Assembly (NCBI GenBank): GCA_013265495.1
Contig: MU058658.1
Coordinates: 557,059-621,058, forward strand
DNA length: 64,000 bases
DNA from: Vicugna vicugna
Taxonomy: Eukaryota
Direction of reading: 5' to 3'
Under the pieces are notes generated by a model, which had not been told where the DNA came from, made no database searches, and saw only the letters and a list, made by a program, of their open reading frames with translations. This document shows, piece after piece, positions 13,801 to 26,429 of this stretch. The position numbers were made by a program, and so were the translations under genes. Positions within the stretch are counted from its first letter, which is position 1. Each line of letters begins with the position of its first letter.

Positions 13801-15739
13801 TGGAAACTAATTTCCAGCTGAAAATTTCCAGCAGGAGTTACCGAAGTACCTGGGGAACACCTTGTTTATGAAACGTAAAAAATAAAATTGATCTCAAGGG
13901 CAGGTAAGCAGAGGACACTGAGGTCTAAAAAGTTAAGAGAATGAAAGTAAACACGTAGTTCCAGTGGGGGTTCAGCCATTATGAGGGTTTCAACACAAAA
14001 TTACAGTCTAGTCTTTTCCCATTCAAGAGGGCACTAAGGCTTCTGAAGTTGAAAGTAGAAACAGGGAATGAGCAGAACAAAAAAAGTATCTGAAGTGATA
14101 CAAATGAACGGGAAATCTGATTCAACAAATATTTATTGCATACCTTCTGTGAATCATGCACTTTTTTTTTTTTGGTATATGAGATATACTGAAACTTAAA
14201 AGGAATTTTCCCTTTCAGAACTTACACTGTGGTTGACGGAAACAGAATAAACAGAGCACCTCGGATACATGGTATATCAGAGGCAGCGAAGCCTATAGAA
14301 AGCAGCAGGAGCAGCTACAGGGGATTAGGGTGGCTGACACAGTAATGGGTGTCCGTGGTAGGACTCGTAGTGAAGATGGCACTTGAGGAAGCAGCTGAGG
14401 TTGCGAGGAACGGCAGCTTTCTTCCTTTCTGAGTGTCATATGTTCACAGTCTTGCCTTATTGCATGAGCTAGCACCTCCAGTACCGCGCGGTGTGAGTAC
14501 TCAGAGTGGCCGAGTGTCGTCTTTTGGTCCTAATCTCAGGGGAATATTTTAACAATCAACTTTGAGGTCATAATATTTGTTAGACAATTTGGTAGGTATT
14601 CTTTATAAAATTAATGAAGATTCATCTATCTTGGTTTTATAAATGTTCTGTCTCTCCATGTGTACACAGTGTTCTTTAAAAGCCATTTTGAGAGTAAGTT
14701 GGGAACACTGAGCCGTTTCATCAGTGGATACTTTGGTTATATTTCCTAAATAAGTGAACCTTATCTCACATATTCTGAGTATAATGAACAAAATCAGGAA
14801 ACTTAATGTTTTTTTGGTTCGTTTCTTGGGTTTTTTTGTATATATATTTTTATTGAAGTATAATGAATTTACAATGTTGTGTCAGTATCTGGTGTACAGC
14901 ATTAATACTTTAGTCATATAGGAACATACATAGATTCATTTTCATATTCTTTTTCACCATAAGTTACTGCAAGATATTGAATGCAGTTCTCTATGCTATA
15001 CAGTATAAACTTGTTTATCTAGTTAGTATCTGCAAATCTCGAGCTCCCAATTTATGCCTTCCCACCCCCTTTCCCCACCTTAATGTTTTTTAATAACTTT
15101 CTTCTCATTTTTCTACAGCCCAATATTTTATCCTTTTTTGGTGGGGGGGTTCGGGGATTAGATTTATTTATTTACTTATTTAATGGAGGTACTGGGGATT
15201 GAACATAGCAAGATTATAGGATCTATTCTCAACCTATAAAAATTTTTATTTCTATATGTAAACAGCAAATATATGGAAATTAAATTTACAGTGGCATAAA
15301 AATATAAACTAGCCGGGATTGAATTAAACAAAATACATCTAAACTGTCTAACTTTGAAGCAATGAAAAAATCCCGAGGGAGATTGAGGAAGACTTTTTTT
15401 TTTTTTTCTATTTCACTGGAGGAGTTTATTAGGGAAATTCAAATATTGCCAGGAAGTAGCCCGGGGAGCATCAATTCAGAGCGAATGGAATTGGATGAGA
15501 ATTCTGCTGCCGCGTCCCCTGAGGGACCCACTGACGGAGCCCCCTCACTTTTGGCCAGGGCTGAGGGCACCTGGACAATGCCTGTTCCTTATCTCCACCC
15601 TTAACAGGTGACAATGAAGACTCACAATGAGTCACACATTATTCATCTTTTAGTGGCCTATTTGGACAATTCAGAAACCCTCTGATCACAACCATGGGAA
15701 CAGTGGGCGCTGGAGGAGGAAGGGATGTCCAACCCACCG

Positions 15740-15980
15740 TTCCTCATTACACAGAAGAGAGAATGAGACTCAGAGAAGTTAAGTGATTTGCCCAGGGTCA
15801 CACAGCAAGTGGCCCAAACCCAAACCTCCAGAATGCGAGATGAGGTAGCCTGAGGGAATAAAAAGACTGCCTTCTTCAAGTTCACACAGTCCTGGGGTGA
15901 CTTCTGGCCCTGCCAGTCAGCGGCAACCATAATAAAGACAGCCAGTGCTTACTGAGCCTTTACTCAATGCCAGGCACTTT
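15740..15980 (+). mobile_element. MIR fragments
   Basis: MIR core GAGACTCAGAGAAGTTAAGTGATTTGCCCAGGGTCACACAGC. Confidence 0.75.
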
Positions 15981-16099
15981 TTTTCCCTTTAGATGGAGGT
16001 ACTGGGGAACCCAAGACCTTGTACATGCTAAGCACGCCCTCGACCACTGAGCTATACCCTCCCCCACAAGGTTAGACACTTTCTAAGTACTTCAGAGTT

Positions 16100-19000
16100 C
16101 TTGCTACATTTAGAGGAAGACTTAATAGATGGAAATAAACATGTTCAAAAGTTGACTCTAAGATACTGATTTTTCAGGAGGGAGGGTATAGCTTAGTGGT
16201 AGAGCACACGCTTAGCATGCACAAGGTCCTGGATTCAATCCCCAGTGCCTCCTCTAAAAATGAATAAATAAATAAACCTAATTACCTCCCTCTCTGCTCC
16301 AAAAAAAAACAATATTGATTTTTCATAAAATAATAAATAGTGCAACAGAATCTCGGTTATTATCCAGCAAGCACTTTTAATTGTAGAAATTGACGGTCTT
16401 ACTGTAACATTAATATGGAAAAATACAGGACCTAAAATAGAAAAAACAATATTTAAAAAGAAAAACCTGTGACACTGACAATAAAGGTGTGATAAACAAT
16501 ATAACACGCTGGTTTTAAGGTAGAGAAGCAGATAAGTGTACCACAAAGAGATTCCAGAAATAAGTGTAGACCTGGACTCAACTGATTTGCCAAAATGGTC
16601 ATTCAGTGGGGAAGGAAAAATCTTCAACAGATTGTGCTGTAACCATTGGATAAGCACATGAAACAAAGTAAATGGCAGCCTTTACCTCCTGCTATGCAGG
16701 AAGCTAACTCAGGATGGACCATGGATCTAATCATTATAACTTACATCAGAAGGCCTGTTCACACTGGACAGTGAAGATGAAGCAGGTCCTGTATCCCACA
16801 GAGTAGAGGCCTTGAACCTAGAGTCTGTGGAATCCCTACAACTCAGTGATAAAAACGTCAACAGCCCATTAAATAAATGCTCAGAATGCTTGAATGCACG
16901 TTTTACAATGGAAGGTGTCTGAAGGTCATAAAGCACTTTATGAAGTTTTAACTTTATCAGTCAGGGAAATGCAGATTATAACCTCAGAGATAGACCATTA
17001 CAAATACAGTAGAAAAGCATGAAGTGATAAACTCCGATGACACCAAATACTGGCAGGAATGTAACTACATCTTACAGGCGTCGATTGTGGGAATGGAAAT
17101 GGCCAAGACACTTTGGGAAAAGATTGTCACTTTTTAATAACATAGAAGGATAAAATTAAATAATTTTAAAGTTTCAAAGAATTAATCAAGTAAAATTAAA
17201 TACATGAACTAGCAATTCCACCTGAATGTATTCGCCCAAGAGAAATACAAATCTGTGCACACACAGGACTTCAAGCTATGGATCAACATACATAATCTTA
17301 ATGGCCTCAAACTGGAAATAACTCACATGTCCATCAACAAGATGACAGGTAAACACTTTTGACATATTTTTAAAACATTGAATCCTACTCATCATTAAAA
17401 GGGAGTGAATTACTGATAGATCATCTTGGATGAATCTCATAGGAGTTAGAAAAGTCAGACACAAAATAGTAAATGAATTCCTCTTATAGAACAAGTAAAA
17501 CCTAAGTGCGTTTTTAGAATAACGTAAAACGTTGCCTCTCTAAAGGGAAAGTCAAACAAGTGGGAATTTTCTGGCATCATGGAGCTGATCGATGCCTTTT
17601 GTGGGACACGGACTGGATGGATAAATGCATTTACCAGAGTCTTCAAATTGTACAGGTAAAGTTTGTGCATTTCTTTTAATGTAAGTATTATCGTATCTAA
17701 ATACATATAGATTTCTTGAACTTCTGACCAGTAGTTTTGTTTGCATACCTGGATGGATAACATTTGTGGACCTAATTTCATTATATTCTGAGAGACTCTA
17801 GAGGCAGTGGCTCACCAGTAGCATTGAATCCATCTCATGCCTGGAACTTAGTTTCTCAGTACCATTCTCCACAAAAAGGAACTAAAAAAACTCAATGGAG
17901 GAAAGGCTGATTGCCGAGCAATGCAAGGAAGCTGCAAGATGAGTCTGTGCTTTCTTGTTGCACCAGAAAGAAGCACCCCAAGAACAGTGGTGACACGACC
18001 GGAGGACAAAGCAGCTCTCAGAAGCCCTCCCTGGCACAGGCGGGAACACTCGAGCATCACAGTCTACAGCTGACAATCGCCTCTTACAGCCCAGTGAAAT
18101 ATTTAAGAATCCATGAATCCTTGTGGATGTGAATACATGAGAGAATAAATGAACGAAGGACCAATAGAAGAAACGGGGTCTACCCCACAGTAGAACATCA
18201 ACTAGTATGTCTAGACTGAGAGAGTTAGAAAGTCATCAGTGGTTTTAAAGCTGGCGATGACAGATTGTTATGGATCAATGTATTTATGTAGTTTCAGAAT
18301 ATTTTCTAATTATTTACTAAACATAATGGGAAAAGTAGTACGTTTAATGTTGGGAAGCCTGACAAAATTTCAGTGACAAAAAATAATATGATCAGTATCA
18401 AAAAAACACAAACATCATGTGTCTCCTATACAATACTGGGAGAAAGACACATTTCTCTACAAAAATTAAAAAACTTATTCTAATAATTTGCAAACATTAG
18501 AGAAATAGGGGGGAAATAGGGGGGAAACTAGTGGACCTGTTATCTTAAAAATAGGACAAGTCCAAAGAACTCAAATAAAGGCTGAGGGACATTTGTCAAA
18601 GGTGCATAAAGAGACGTGAAAACTAAATGCAATATATGAATCTGGATTTGGACCTGGATGAGGAAAAATACTTAAGAAGGGGAATATTGGATGAGGGGAG
18701 GCTATAGCTCAGGGGTAGAGCGCATGCTTAGAATGCACGAGGTCCTGGGTTCAGTCCCCAGTACTGCCATTAAATGAATAAATAAACCTAATTACTCCCC
18801 CTACAAAGGGCAATATTGAAACAAATGATGGTAATGTATTATGTATTGTTATTTAAATAGTAGTATTGTGCCAATATTAAAATTCCTGATTTCAATCTAG
18901 TATTCTGTGTCTATAAAGGAAAATTCCCATTCTTCCAGGAATTAAGCACTGAAGGATTCACTGGCAAAGAAGAAAAATATTTCCAAACTATACACCAATT

Positions 19001-19390
19001 GTTCAGTGTAAAAACATAAAAAGAAAAAAGATTCAAGTAAATAGATCAAAATATAAAGTTTTTAAAGTTGGAAAAAAATGCTTACAAGTGTATCTTTTTG
19101 AAATCCTTGCAGCTTTTCTGTAAGCTGGAAATTATATCAGAATTTTTAAAATCCCAAAATGGTTTCATGTGTTTCACTGCTTAGTCGAAAATGAGATCTA
19201 TCACATAATCATGTCAAATGAATCACATATAAAAAACAAATTTCTTTTATAGCACTGGGCACTGTATTCAATAGCTTGTAGTAACCTTTAATCAAAAAGA
19301 ATGTGAAAATGAATATATGTATGTATGACCGAAACATGATGCTGTACACCAGAAACTGACACATCGCAACAGACTATACTTCAATAAAAA
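16100..19390 (+). mobile_element. Old L1 ORF2/3' fragments with nested SINEs and a younger L1 3' tail (~19230-19390)
   Basis: A-rich degenerate L1 strings (CATTCAGTGGGGAAGGAAAAATCTTCAACAGATTGTGCTG, CTAGCAATTCCACCTGAATGTATT). Confidence 0.7.
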
Positions 19391-20439
19391 TAAGTTAATC
19401 AAGTGGATCACATAATTTGATTCAATTTCAACCCTTCTTAACATTTTCTGAAACAAAGTAGAAGTGGAAGGGGACAAAACAAAATCCTACCTCAAAGACC
19501 AGAAATAGGATCTGTCATTAAAATATTTCACCTACGTTCAGTGATGAAACAGTCACTGTATTTATTGTCCTTCAACGTTAGGCCACAAGGACTATTCAGT
19601 AGGCAACACCAAGAAAAAATATCCGTATATGTTGGATTGCAAACAAACCAGTTTTTCCTCATCTCATTAAAGTGTTTTCTTTTTCCTTTTTAAATTTTAT
19701 TTTTATTGACGTGTAGTTGGTGTACAACGTTAGTTTCAGGTGTACAGAGAAGCGATTCAGTTATAGAGATACCTACATATATATTTTTTCTTTTCAGATT
19801 CTCTGCCGTTATGTTATTACGAGAAATTGAATGTAGTCCCCTGTGCTCCACAGTAGGTCCTTGTTTATCTGTTGTACGTGTGCTAAAAAGCATTTTCTAA
19901 ATTACTATCAGTTTGAGTCATACTGTGAGCATCCTCTTCAGCCTACGCTCATGTTTTTCTCCATCTGTATCCTCTTTACTCTTTTTCATTAAGCCTGTCA
20001 GCTTCTAATAATGTACTGCATAATAACTTGGGTGCTTCACTTACTGTCTCGTGTCCCTCAGCCAGAATAAACAGTCCACCGTGGCAAGATTACTTTAATG
20101 GTTTGCGTAGTGATCTATCTCCTGGGCCCAGAAAAGTGCGTGGTCCACATAAGCTATGAAACATTTCTTGAAGCACCCAGTGTCACTGTCACATGCCTGG
20201 CTCTGAGTTTATTCATTGACTGTCCTCCCTTCAGTGTCAGTGGTACCTCAGAGGCTCAGGAATAAAAACAAGGCTCATGTTTTGAAGACAAAACCAACAA
20301 GGTGATTAAGAATCAAACAGAGCCGTGTGCTTGACCTCCCCCGCTTGCTGGCGCTCCGGGTCCCCGGCTCCCCTTCCCCAGGGACTGTTGTTCATTTCAC
20401 TCCCGTCTCTGCCGTCCCCGTTGGCGAGCCCGTCACTGC

Positions 20440-20687
20440 CGTTTGCAGCTTTCTCCAAGGGCACAATCCACGGGTGTTTCTCACAGGCCCTCTTCCCTCC
20501 CTTGGCCACACTGTCAGTGCCCTGACAGGTGAAATGATAATCGCCTCCCGACAAGGAGATGAGGTCACAGAGGCCGAACCCTTATCTCGGGGCTGAGACA
20601 CCCCCTTTGCACACCCGCACGAGGGCTGCCCAGGCACGCGCTGTCCCGACAGGACATGCCAGCCAGGTCAGCAGTGGTTCTGGTCAG
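20440..20687 (+). promoter_or_regulatory. Putative V1R promoter / non-coding first exon (copy 2), donor CAG|GTAAGT at 20687|20688
   Basis: Core ACAGGTGAAATGATAATC at 20525-20542, 145 nt before a consensus donor; V1R CDS 1.8 kb downstream behind acceptor CCCTCTCAG (ends 22483). Confidence 0.7.
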
Positions 20688-22493
20688 GTAAGTGTCAGAT
20701 TTGGAGACAGACATCACTAGAAAAGTCAGTCGTCCTTATAGAGAAATAATTCTGTTTTGGGTGATTGGAACATAAAACTAGACACACATTCAGGACAGTT
20801 TTTTTTTCACAATTTTTTTTTTTTTAGGAAGCCGTGGCATATTGCTACCCTCGTTCACCTGCATTGAAACCACCTGACATCTCTCTCTCCTTCCTGCTGC
20901 AGCCTTCTCTGAAATCGTGCCTCCTCTGTCCCTGACCAAACACGGGGGGCCTCGCCGCGTTCACTCTCAAGGCCTCGAGCTCCAGGCGAGTGACCAGTGA
21001 TCAGACGTGCTCCCAGCTGCTCAGCTGGCGCCTGGTGTCTGAGTGACAGGCACCACTCTGGGCAGTTGTTTTGTTTTGGGGGAGAGAGCATGCCGGCCTA
21101 GGTGGAGTCTGTAACAGTATCTCTGTAGCGTTTTGTCCTTATTAGAAGAACGTTAACATTTATTTAGAGAAAAGGAAGGCTCAGTCTTTCTGCCATGTCT
21201 GGAGTGGAAAGAAGCTTATTTACAGAAATGTGGCTAACTTGTCTGTTCGACAAGAGGTTTTAGGGACATTTTGGACGTTTTCTGCCCCACACTCAGATGT
21301 ACTTAAATGTACTTTCAAGATACTTTGCTTTCTGTTAGTGAGAAATGGCTTTTGGATATCAGTCTTGGTACTTCAGGTGGTCGTTTCTGTGGACTTGTTT
21401 ACAATGTCTAGACTCTTTCAGGGAAAAGAAATGCGAGGGAGATTATAGCTCAGTGGTAGAGCGCGTGCTTGACATGCGTGAGGCTCTGGGGTCAATCCCC
21501 AGTGCCGCCTCTACGAATAAACAAGAAGATAAACCCATTACCTCCCACCACCACCACCAAAAAGAGAAAAGATCTAAGGAATACGTACGTGTTTTACAGT
21601 TACATGCTGTGTGCCTTATTTCCCCAAGACTTAGAGGCTTTTGAGTTTTTGTATAAATTATTTCTATATTCTCTTGCTTTATAATGAAAGTCTTATTTAC
21701 CAATTATATTAATAGTTTTTTAATGTTTCTAATTAATGCCTGTATAATTAGCAAAATATGAGTCAGAACAAGTGTTTAATATTTCTTTTAGGTACTTTAA
21801 TTTTCCTACATGCCTCTGTGTAACTTCAGATTTTTTTACAAGTATGTATAGAACATCATGTGAGAGGCAACCAGGGTAATTTATTTTTTTGGATTTTGAC
21901 ATCTAATTTTGATCAATATTTTCAGTCTCTGCCCCCTAATTTATATTCCTCTCCCTTCTTATAATTTTTATTCTTTTCTTTCTTGGAGGGAGATAATTAT
22001 GTTTATTTACTGGTTTATTTAATGAAGGTACTGGGGATTGAACCCAGGACCTCATTCATACAAACCATGCGCTCTACCACTGAGCTACACCCTCCCCTCT
22101 CCTCTACATTCAAAAATAAAATTAAAAAAGAAACCTACTCCCCACAGGCTCTGCATCTTGTCTTTTTCATGTGAGAGTACGTGGTTGGGAAGATGCACGT
22201 CAGTACCCACGCAACCCCCTCACTCGTCTCTCCAGCCACAGAGGACCCTGCTGTGCGTCTGGCCACCTCCAGCCCCCCTGGGAGGTGAGGACGGAGGCTT
22301 TTTCCAGCCCGAGTCTGTGGCGTTGCCTCTGCCCGCCTGAGCAGAGACTCTGCTGCAGACGGCACGTGACACTGTATACAGTGCAGGCCGCGTACTGAAA
22401 ATTGAGGGACGTGGTGTTGACGTCACCTTTCATTTGTTCTTCTGTTCAATCCTCTCACGTCAGTGAACCCGGTGCCCTCTCAGTGCTGATGTG

Positions 22494-23517
22494 ATCTTTT
22501 CCGCCAGCTCGGAAATGGGCGTCATGTTCCTCAGTCAGACGGGAATCGGCCTTGTCGGAAATATCTCCTTCCTTTGTCTTTATAACTTCACCTTGCTCAC
22601 CAGACACAGTCTGAGACCGACTGACCCGGTCCTCACGCAGCTGGTCTCAGCCAGCTCCGTGGCTCTCTTCTCCAAGGGCGCACCTCAGACTCTGGCAGCG
22701 CTCGGATGGACGTATTTCCCGGACGACCCTGGGTGTAAGCTGGCCTTCTGCCTCCACGGAGTGGCCGCGGGCGTTTCCTTCAGCACCGTCTGCCTCTTCA
22801 GCGGCTTCCAGGCCATTAAGCTCAAGCCCAGAATCCGGAGGTGGATGGAGCTCAAGCTCAGATCCCTAAAGCTCATCGCCTTCTGCTGTTCCCTCTGCTG
22901 GATCGTGCGTATCGTGATAAATTCATGTCTTCCCTTAATAATAAAGGGTCCGTTGCAATGGAAGAACCTTAGTATGAAAAGAAATTATAGATACTGTTCT
23001 TGGCATCTAGAAGAGGGTTTTGTAGGCTTATTACTGGCTGTCCTGTGTTTCTCCCCTGATACTATGAGTTTAGGTTTCAGTATCTGGGCCAGTGGCAACA
23101 TCGTTCTCATCCTGTACAGGCACAAACAGCGAGTCGAGCACCTCTGCAGCCACAGACTCTCCCCGAGACCTTCGCACGAGGCCAGAGCCACTCGCATCCT
23201 CCTGCTCCTGGTGAGCTCTTTCTTTGCATTGTTTGCTCTACATAGTTTTGACAATCTGGATGACTCTGGTGGCAAATCGCGGCCAGTGGATGGTGAACGT
23301 CTCTGTCCTCGTGGCCATGTGTTTTCCAGTGTTCAGCCCCTTCGTGCTCATCATCAGTGACACCCGCGTGTCTCGGTTCTGCTCTGCCTGCAGGGCGAGG
23401 AAAACGCTGTCTCCTCGTCCGGTTGTAGTTGGGTGGGTCTGTGTGGCGGTGTTCACATATCCATTTCAACATCTGTGGACGTTTGGGGGCCTCTTAAATA
23501 AGTTCAAGAACGGGTGA
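22494..23517 (+). pseudogene. Vomeronasal type-1 receptor (V1R), frameshift at ~23238, homologous start codon ATG>ATC
   Basis: ORF 22491..23360 (GLVGNISFL, CKLAFCLHGVAAGVSFSTVCLFSGFQAI, LYRHKQRVEH, SHEARATRIL) continues in ORF 23224..23517 (CFPVFSPFVLIISDTRVS). Confidence 0.93.
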
Positions 23518-23589
23518 CACTGTTGCCAGTAAGGGCGGTGATGTCTCTGCCTGTATCCGTCTTAACAGGGAACTAAAAATGGTTGTGTG

Positions 23590-24060
23590 TATAATGAAGC
23601 AGAGTCTCTGTACTGTAAACCACACATACTTCAGATGTACAATTTGATGAATTTTGCTAGATGTGTACACCCGTGAAACCTCCAGCACAATCCAGACAGT
23701 GAACATTCCCTTCACTCCCCAAGAGGTGCAATTTTCAAATTCCCAATTTATCCATTCCCACCCCGTTTACCCCCTGCTCACCATAAGTTTGTTCTCTATG
23801 TCTCTGAGTCTGTCTCTGTTTTGGAGGTAAGTTCACTTGTGTCTTTTATAGATTCCAAATACAAGTGATACCATATGGTGTTTTTCTTTCTCTTTCCGGC
23901 TGACTTCACTTAGAATGATGAGCTCCAGGTCCATCCATGTGGCTGCAGCTGGCACGATTGTGTTCTTTTTTATGGCTGAGCAGCATTCCATTGTAGAAAT
24001 ACATACACATCACATCATCTTCATCCAGTCATCTGTCGGTGGACATTTGGGTTGTTGGAA
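23590..24060 (-). mobile_element. Composite L1 3' element (old L1M-type end joined to lineage-specific L1 3' region)
   Basis: TGTACAATTTGATGAATTTT...CACTCCCCAAGAG joined to AATTCCCAATTTATCC...; same structure at 33697-34270. Confidence 0.75.
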
Positions 24061-26429
24061 AATTCCTGAATTTAAGGCCCCAGGAAAGTCTGTCATTGTG
24101 GATCTTGTAGAGACTCCAGAAATGTTTTTGGTTTTTTACTTTTGTTTCCTTTAAATATATTTTTAAAGCATTGAGTTCATGTTCTCAACTGGAGGAAAAT
24201 GGCCTGGAAAGACCCATGGGAGCAAGGTGTGTGCAGCCTCCCTGGAGTGGGATGGATCCCGTGTGTTAGGAGTATGAGAAGTGGGAGAGCAGCAGGAAGT
24301 GAAGGGGGATTTGAGGTAATTGCTAAGGACAGGCTGGGAAGTCTGAACTTTTATTTAAGAAAGGGCAGGGAAGGGATGTGATCAGGTGGGTGAAAATACT
24401 AGCACCCCTTATTGCAAATTATTTGTAACATATTTAAAACATCTGTACTTGCTTTTACTAATTATACAATAAGAGCTTGCTGTTACCTTTGAAATTTTTT
24501 TAAAATTAATGACTGAATACTCAGTCTAAAAAAGTCATGTGTAACTGGGCAATAAAGACTGAAGATCTGGATACTATGGGGGTATGTTATGGTCACTGGA
24601 AGTGCCGATGATCACATGGATTTGGAGTGGTTGCTCCGTGTGACCCTTCAGTTTCCCTGGGCAGATGCAATGTATGGGTCGTAATCATTGGGAAATTGCT
24701 TAGCCCTGAAAAGAAACACATCATCAGGTTTTAATGGCCAACATGAAATATGTAAATAATTTTTTGTTTTTTAAGAAGACTTGGGGGGATTGTAAATGAC
24801 TTACTCAATAAAAAATGCTTAAAAAAAGAAAGATTTGGGGGGCCAATTAGTTTTCTAAATTTATTTACTTACTTATTTTAGTGCAGGTACTGGAGACTGA
24901 ACCCAGGGCCTGGTGCATTCTGAGCATGCACTGCACTGCTGGCATGTAGCCTCCCCCCAAGTATCTAAATAATTTAAAATTTGTTTCTCTCAGCTCCTTT
25001 CACCTAAATAAAATTTTCACAATATTTTAATTCCAAACACCAGTAGCTGATTTTATAAAGGTCTGTTTCTGTCTAGAAGATTGACTATACCCTTCTGTTA
25101 GTACAAAATTCATATTCAGTCTTTTGTAATCTGAACTGACAGCAACTTTAGTGAAGTCTGTGTATTTTTTCAAACATTTTTTGTTTTTTTATTCATTTAT
25201 GATTGTATTATTTTATTTTCAAGGAGGGAGGTAATTAGGTTTATTTATTGTTAGAGGCTGCACTGGGGTTTGAACCCAGGACCTCATGCATACTAAGCGT
25301 GTGCTGTACCACTGAGCTGTACCCTCCCCACTAAGTGAAGTCTATATATAGTGTACATACATGTGTAAACATCTGTCTTGAAATGCCAATAGCATGTGTT
25401 TAATACCAAAATTATGAGTCTTTATATATCCCTGAATTCCAAAATTATGAAATCTTTTTGTTTAGCTATTTTCTTGTTTTTTTCAAGTCAACATAAATAT
25501 ATTCAGTGATTTTCTTTTGCTTATTTTATAAAAACCAGTCTGTGAGAAAACTTCATCACTTTTATAGTAATTTTTAATGGTTAAAATTAGTACAGGAGTT
25601 ATTGGTTTGCATATCATAGGTCCAGTGTATTAAAAATGATCTCCATTAAATAGTCCTCTAGTTAAAAAAAAAAAAGTGATACTGACTTTCTTTTTAATGT
25701 TGACTTTTCTTTTTTTTTTTTGGATATATATATTTTTGAAGTATACTCAGTTTACAGTGTGTCAGTTTTTGGTGTACAGGATGATGCTTCAGTCATACAT
25801 GGACATACGTATATTCATTTTCATATTCTTTTCCACCATGAGTTACTACGAGATACTGAGTATGGCTCCCTTTGCTATACAGAATGAACTCGCTGTTAAT
25901 TGGATTTTGTGAGAATCCTCCTGTATTTTGAAGTGAGAGAGCTGCCAGAGTTCAGCAGGTGTTCTGTGAGATTCATGGGTCTGTAGATGTAACTGTGTAT
26001 TTGTGGGAGAGAATGAGCTGTGAGTCTCTCTGCTCCACCAGCTGGGCACCTCCTACATCCATTCTTTTATTTTTAAGGCAACTTTTTTGAACCATGTACT
26101 GATAACTCAGAAGAGATTCCATCTCTCATTGTCAACTGGCTTGCAAAAGAAATCTTTACCCCCTGCAACTAAGCACATAGTCTTTCAAAACTAATTCAAA
26201 AGCTACCTCACAAATCCATAACATCCACATAGCGTATCCTCCTTTGCATCAGTCTGTGCAGTTATCAGAAGGTGTGAACAGTTCACATCGCCCTTCACTC
26301 CTGTGTGATTACAGTACTGTGTCCTGTACTATTTTGAGTATTCCCCCATCGTTTCTGTTCGTTTGGCCCTTTGCTTTCCTGTACTATCTTGTGGTCAGGC
26401 CACAAACTGAACGTTAACCTATCATTTTA

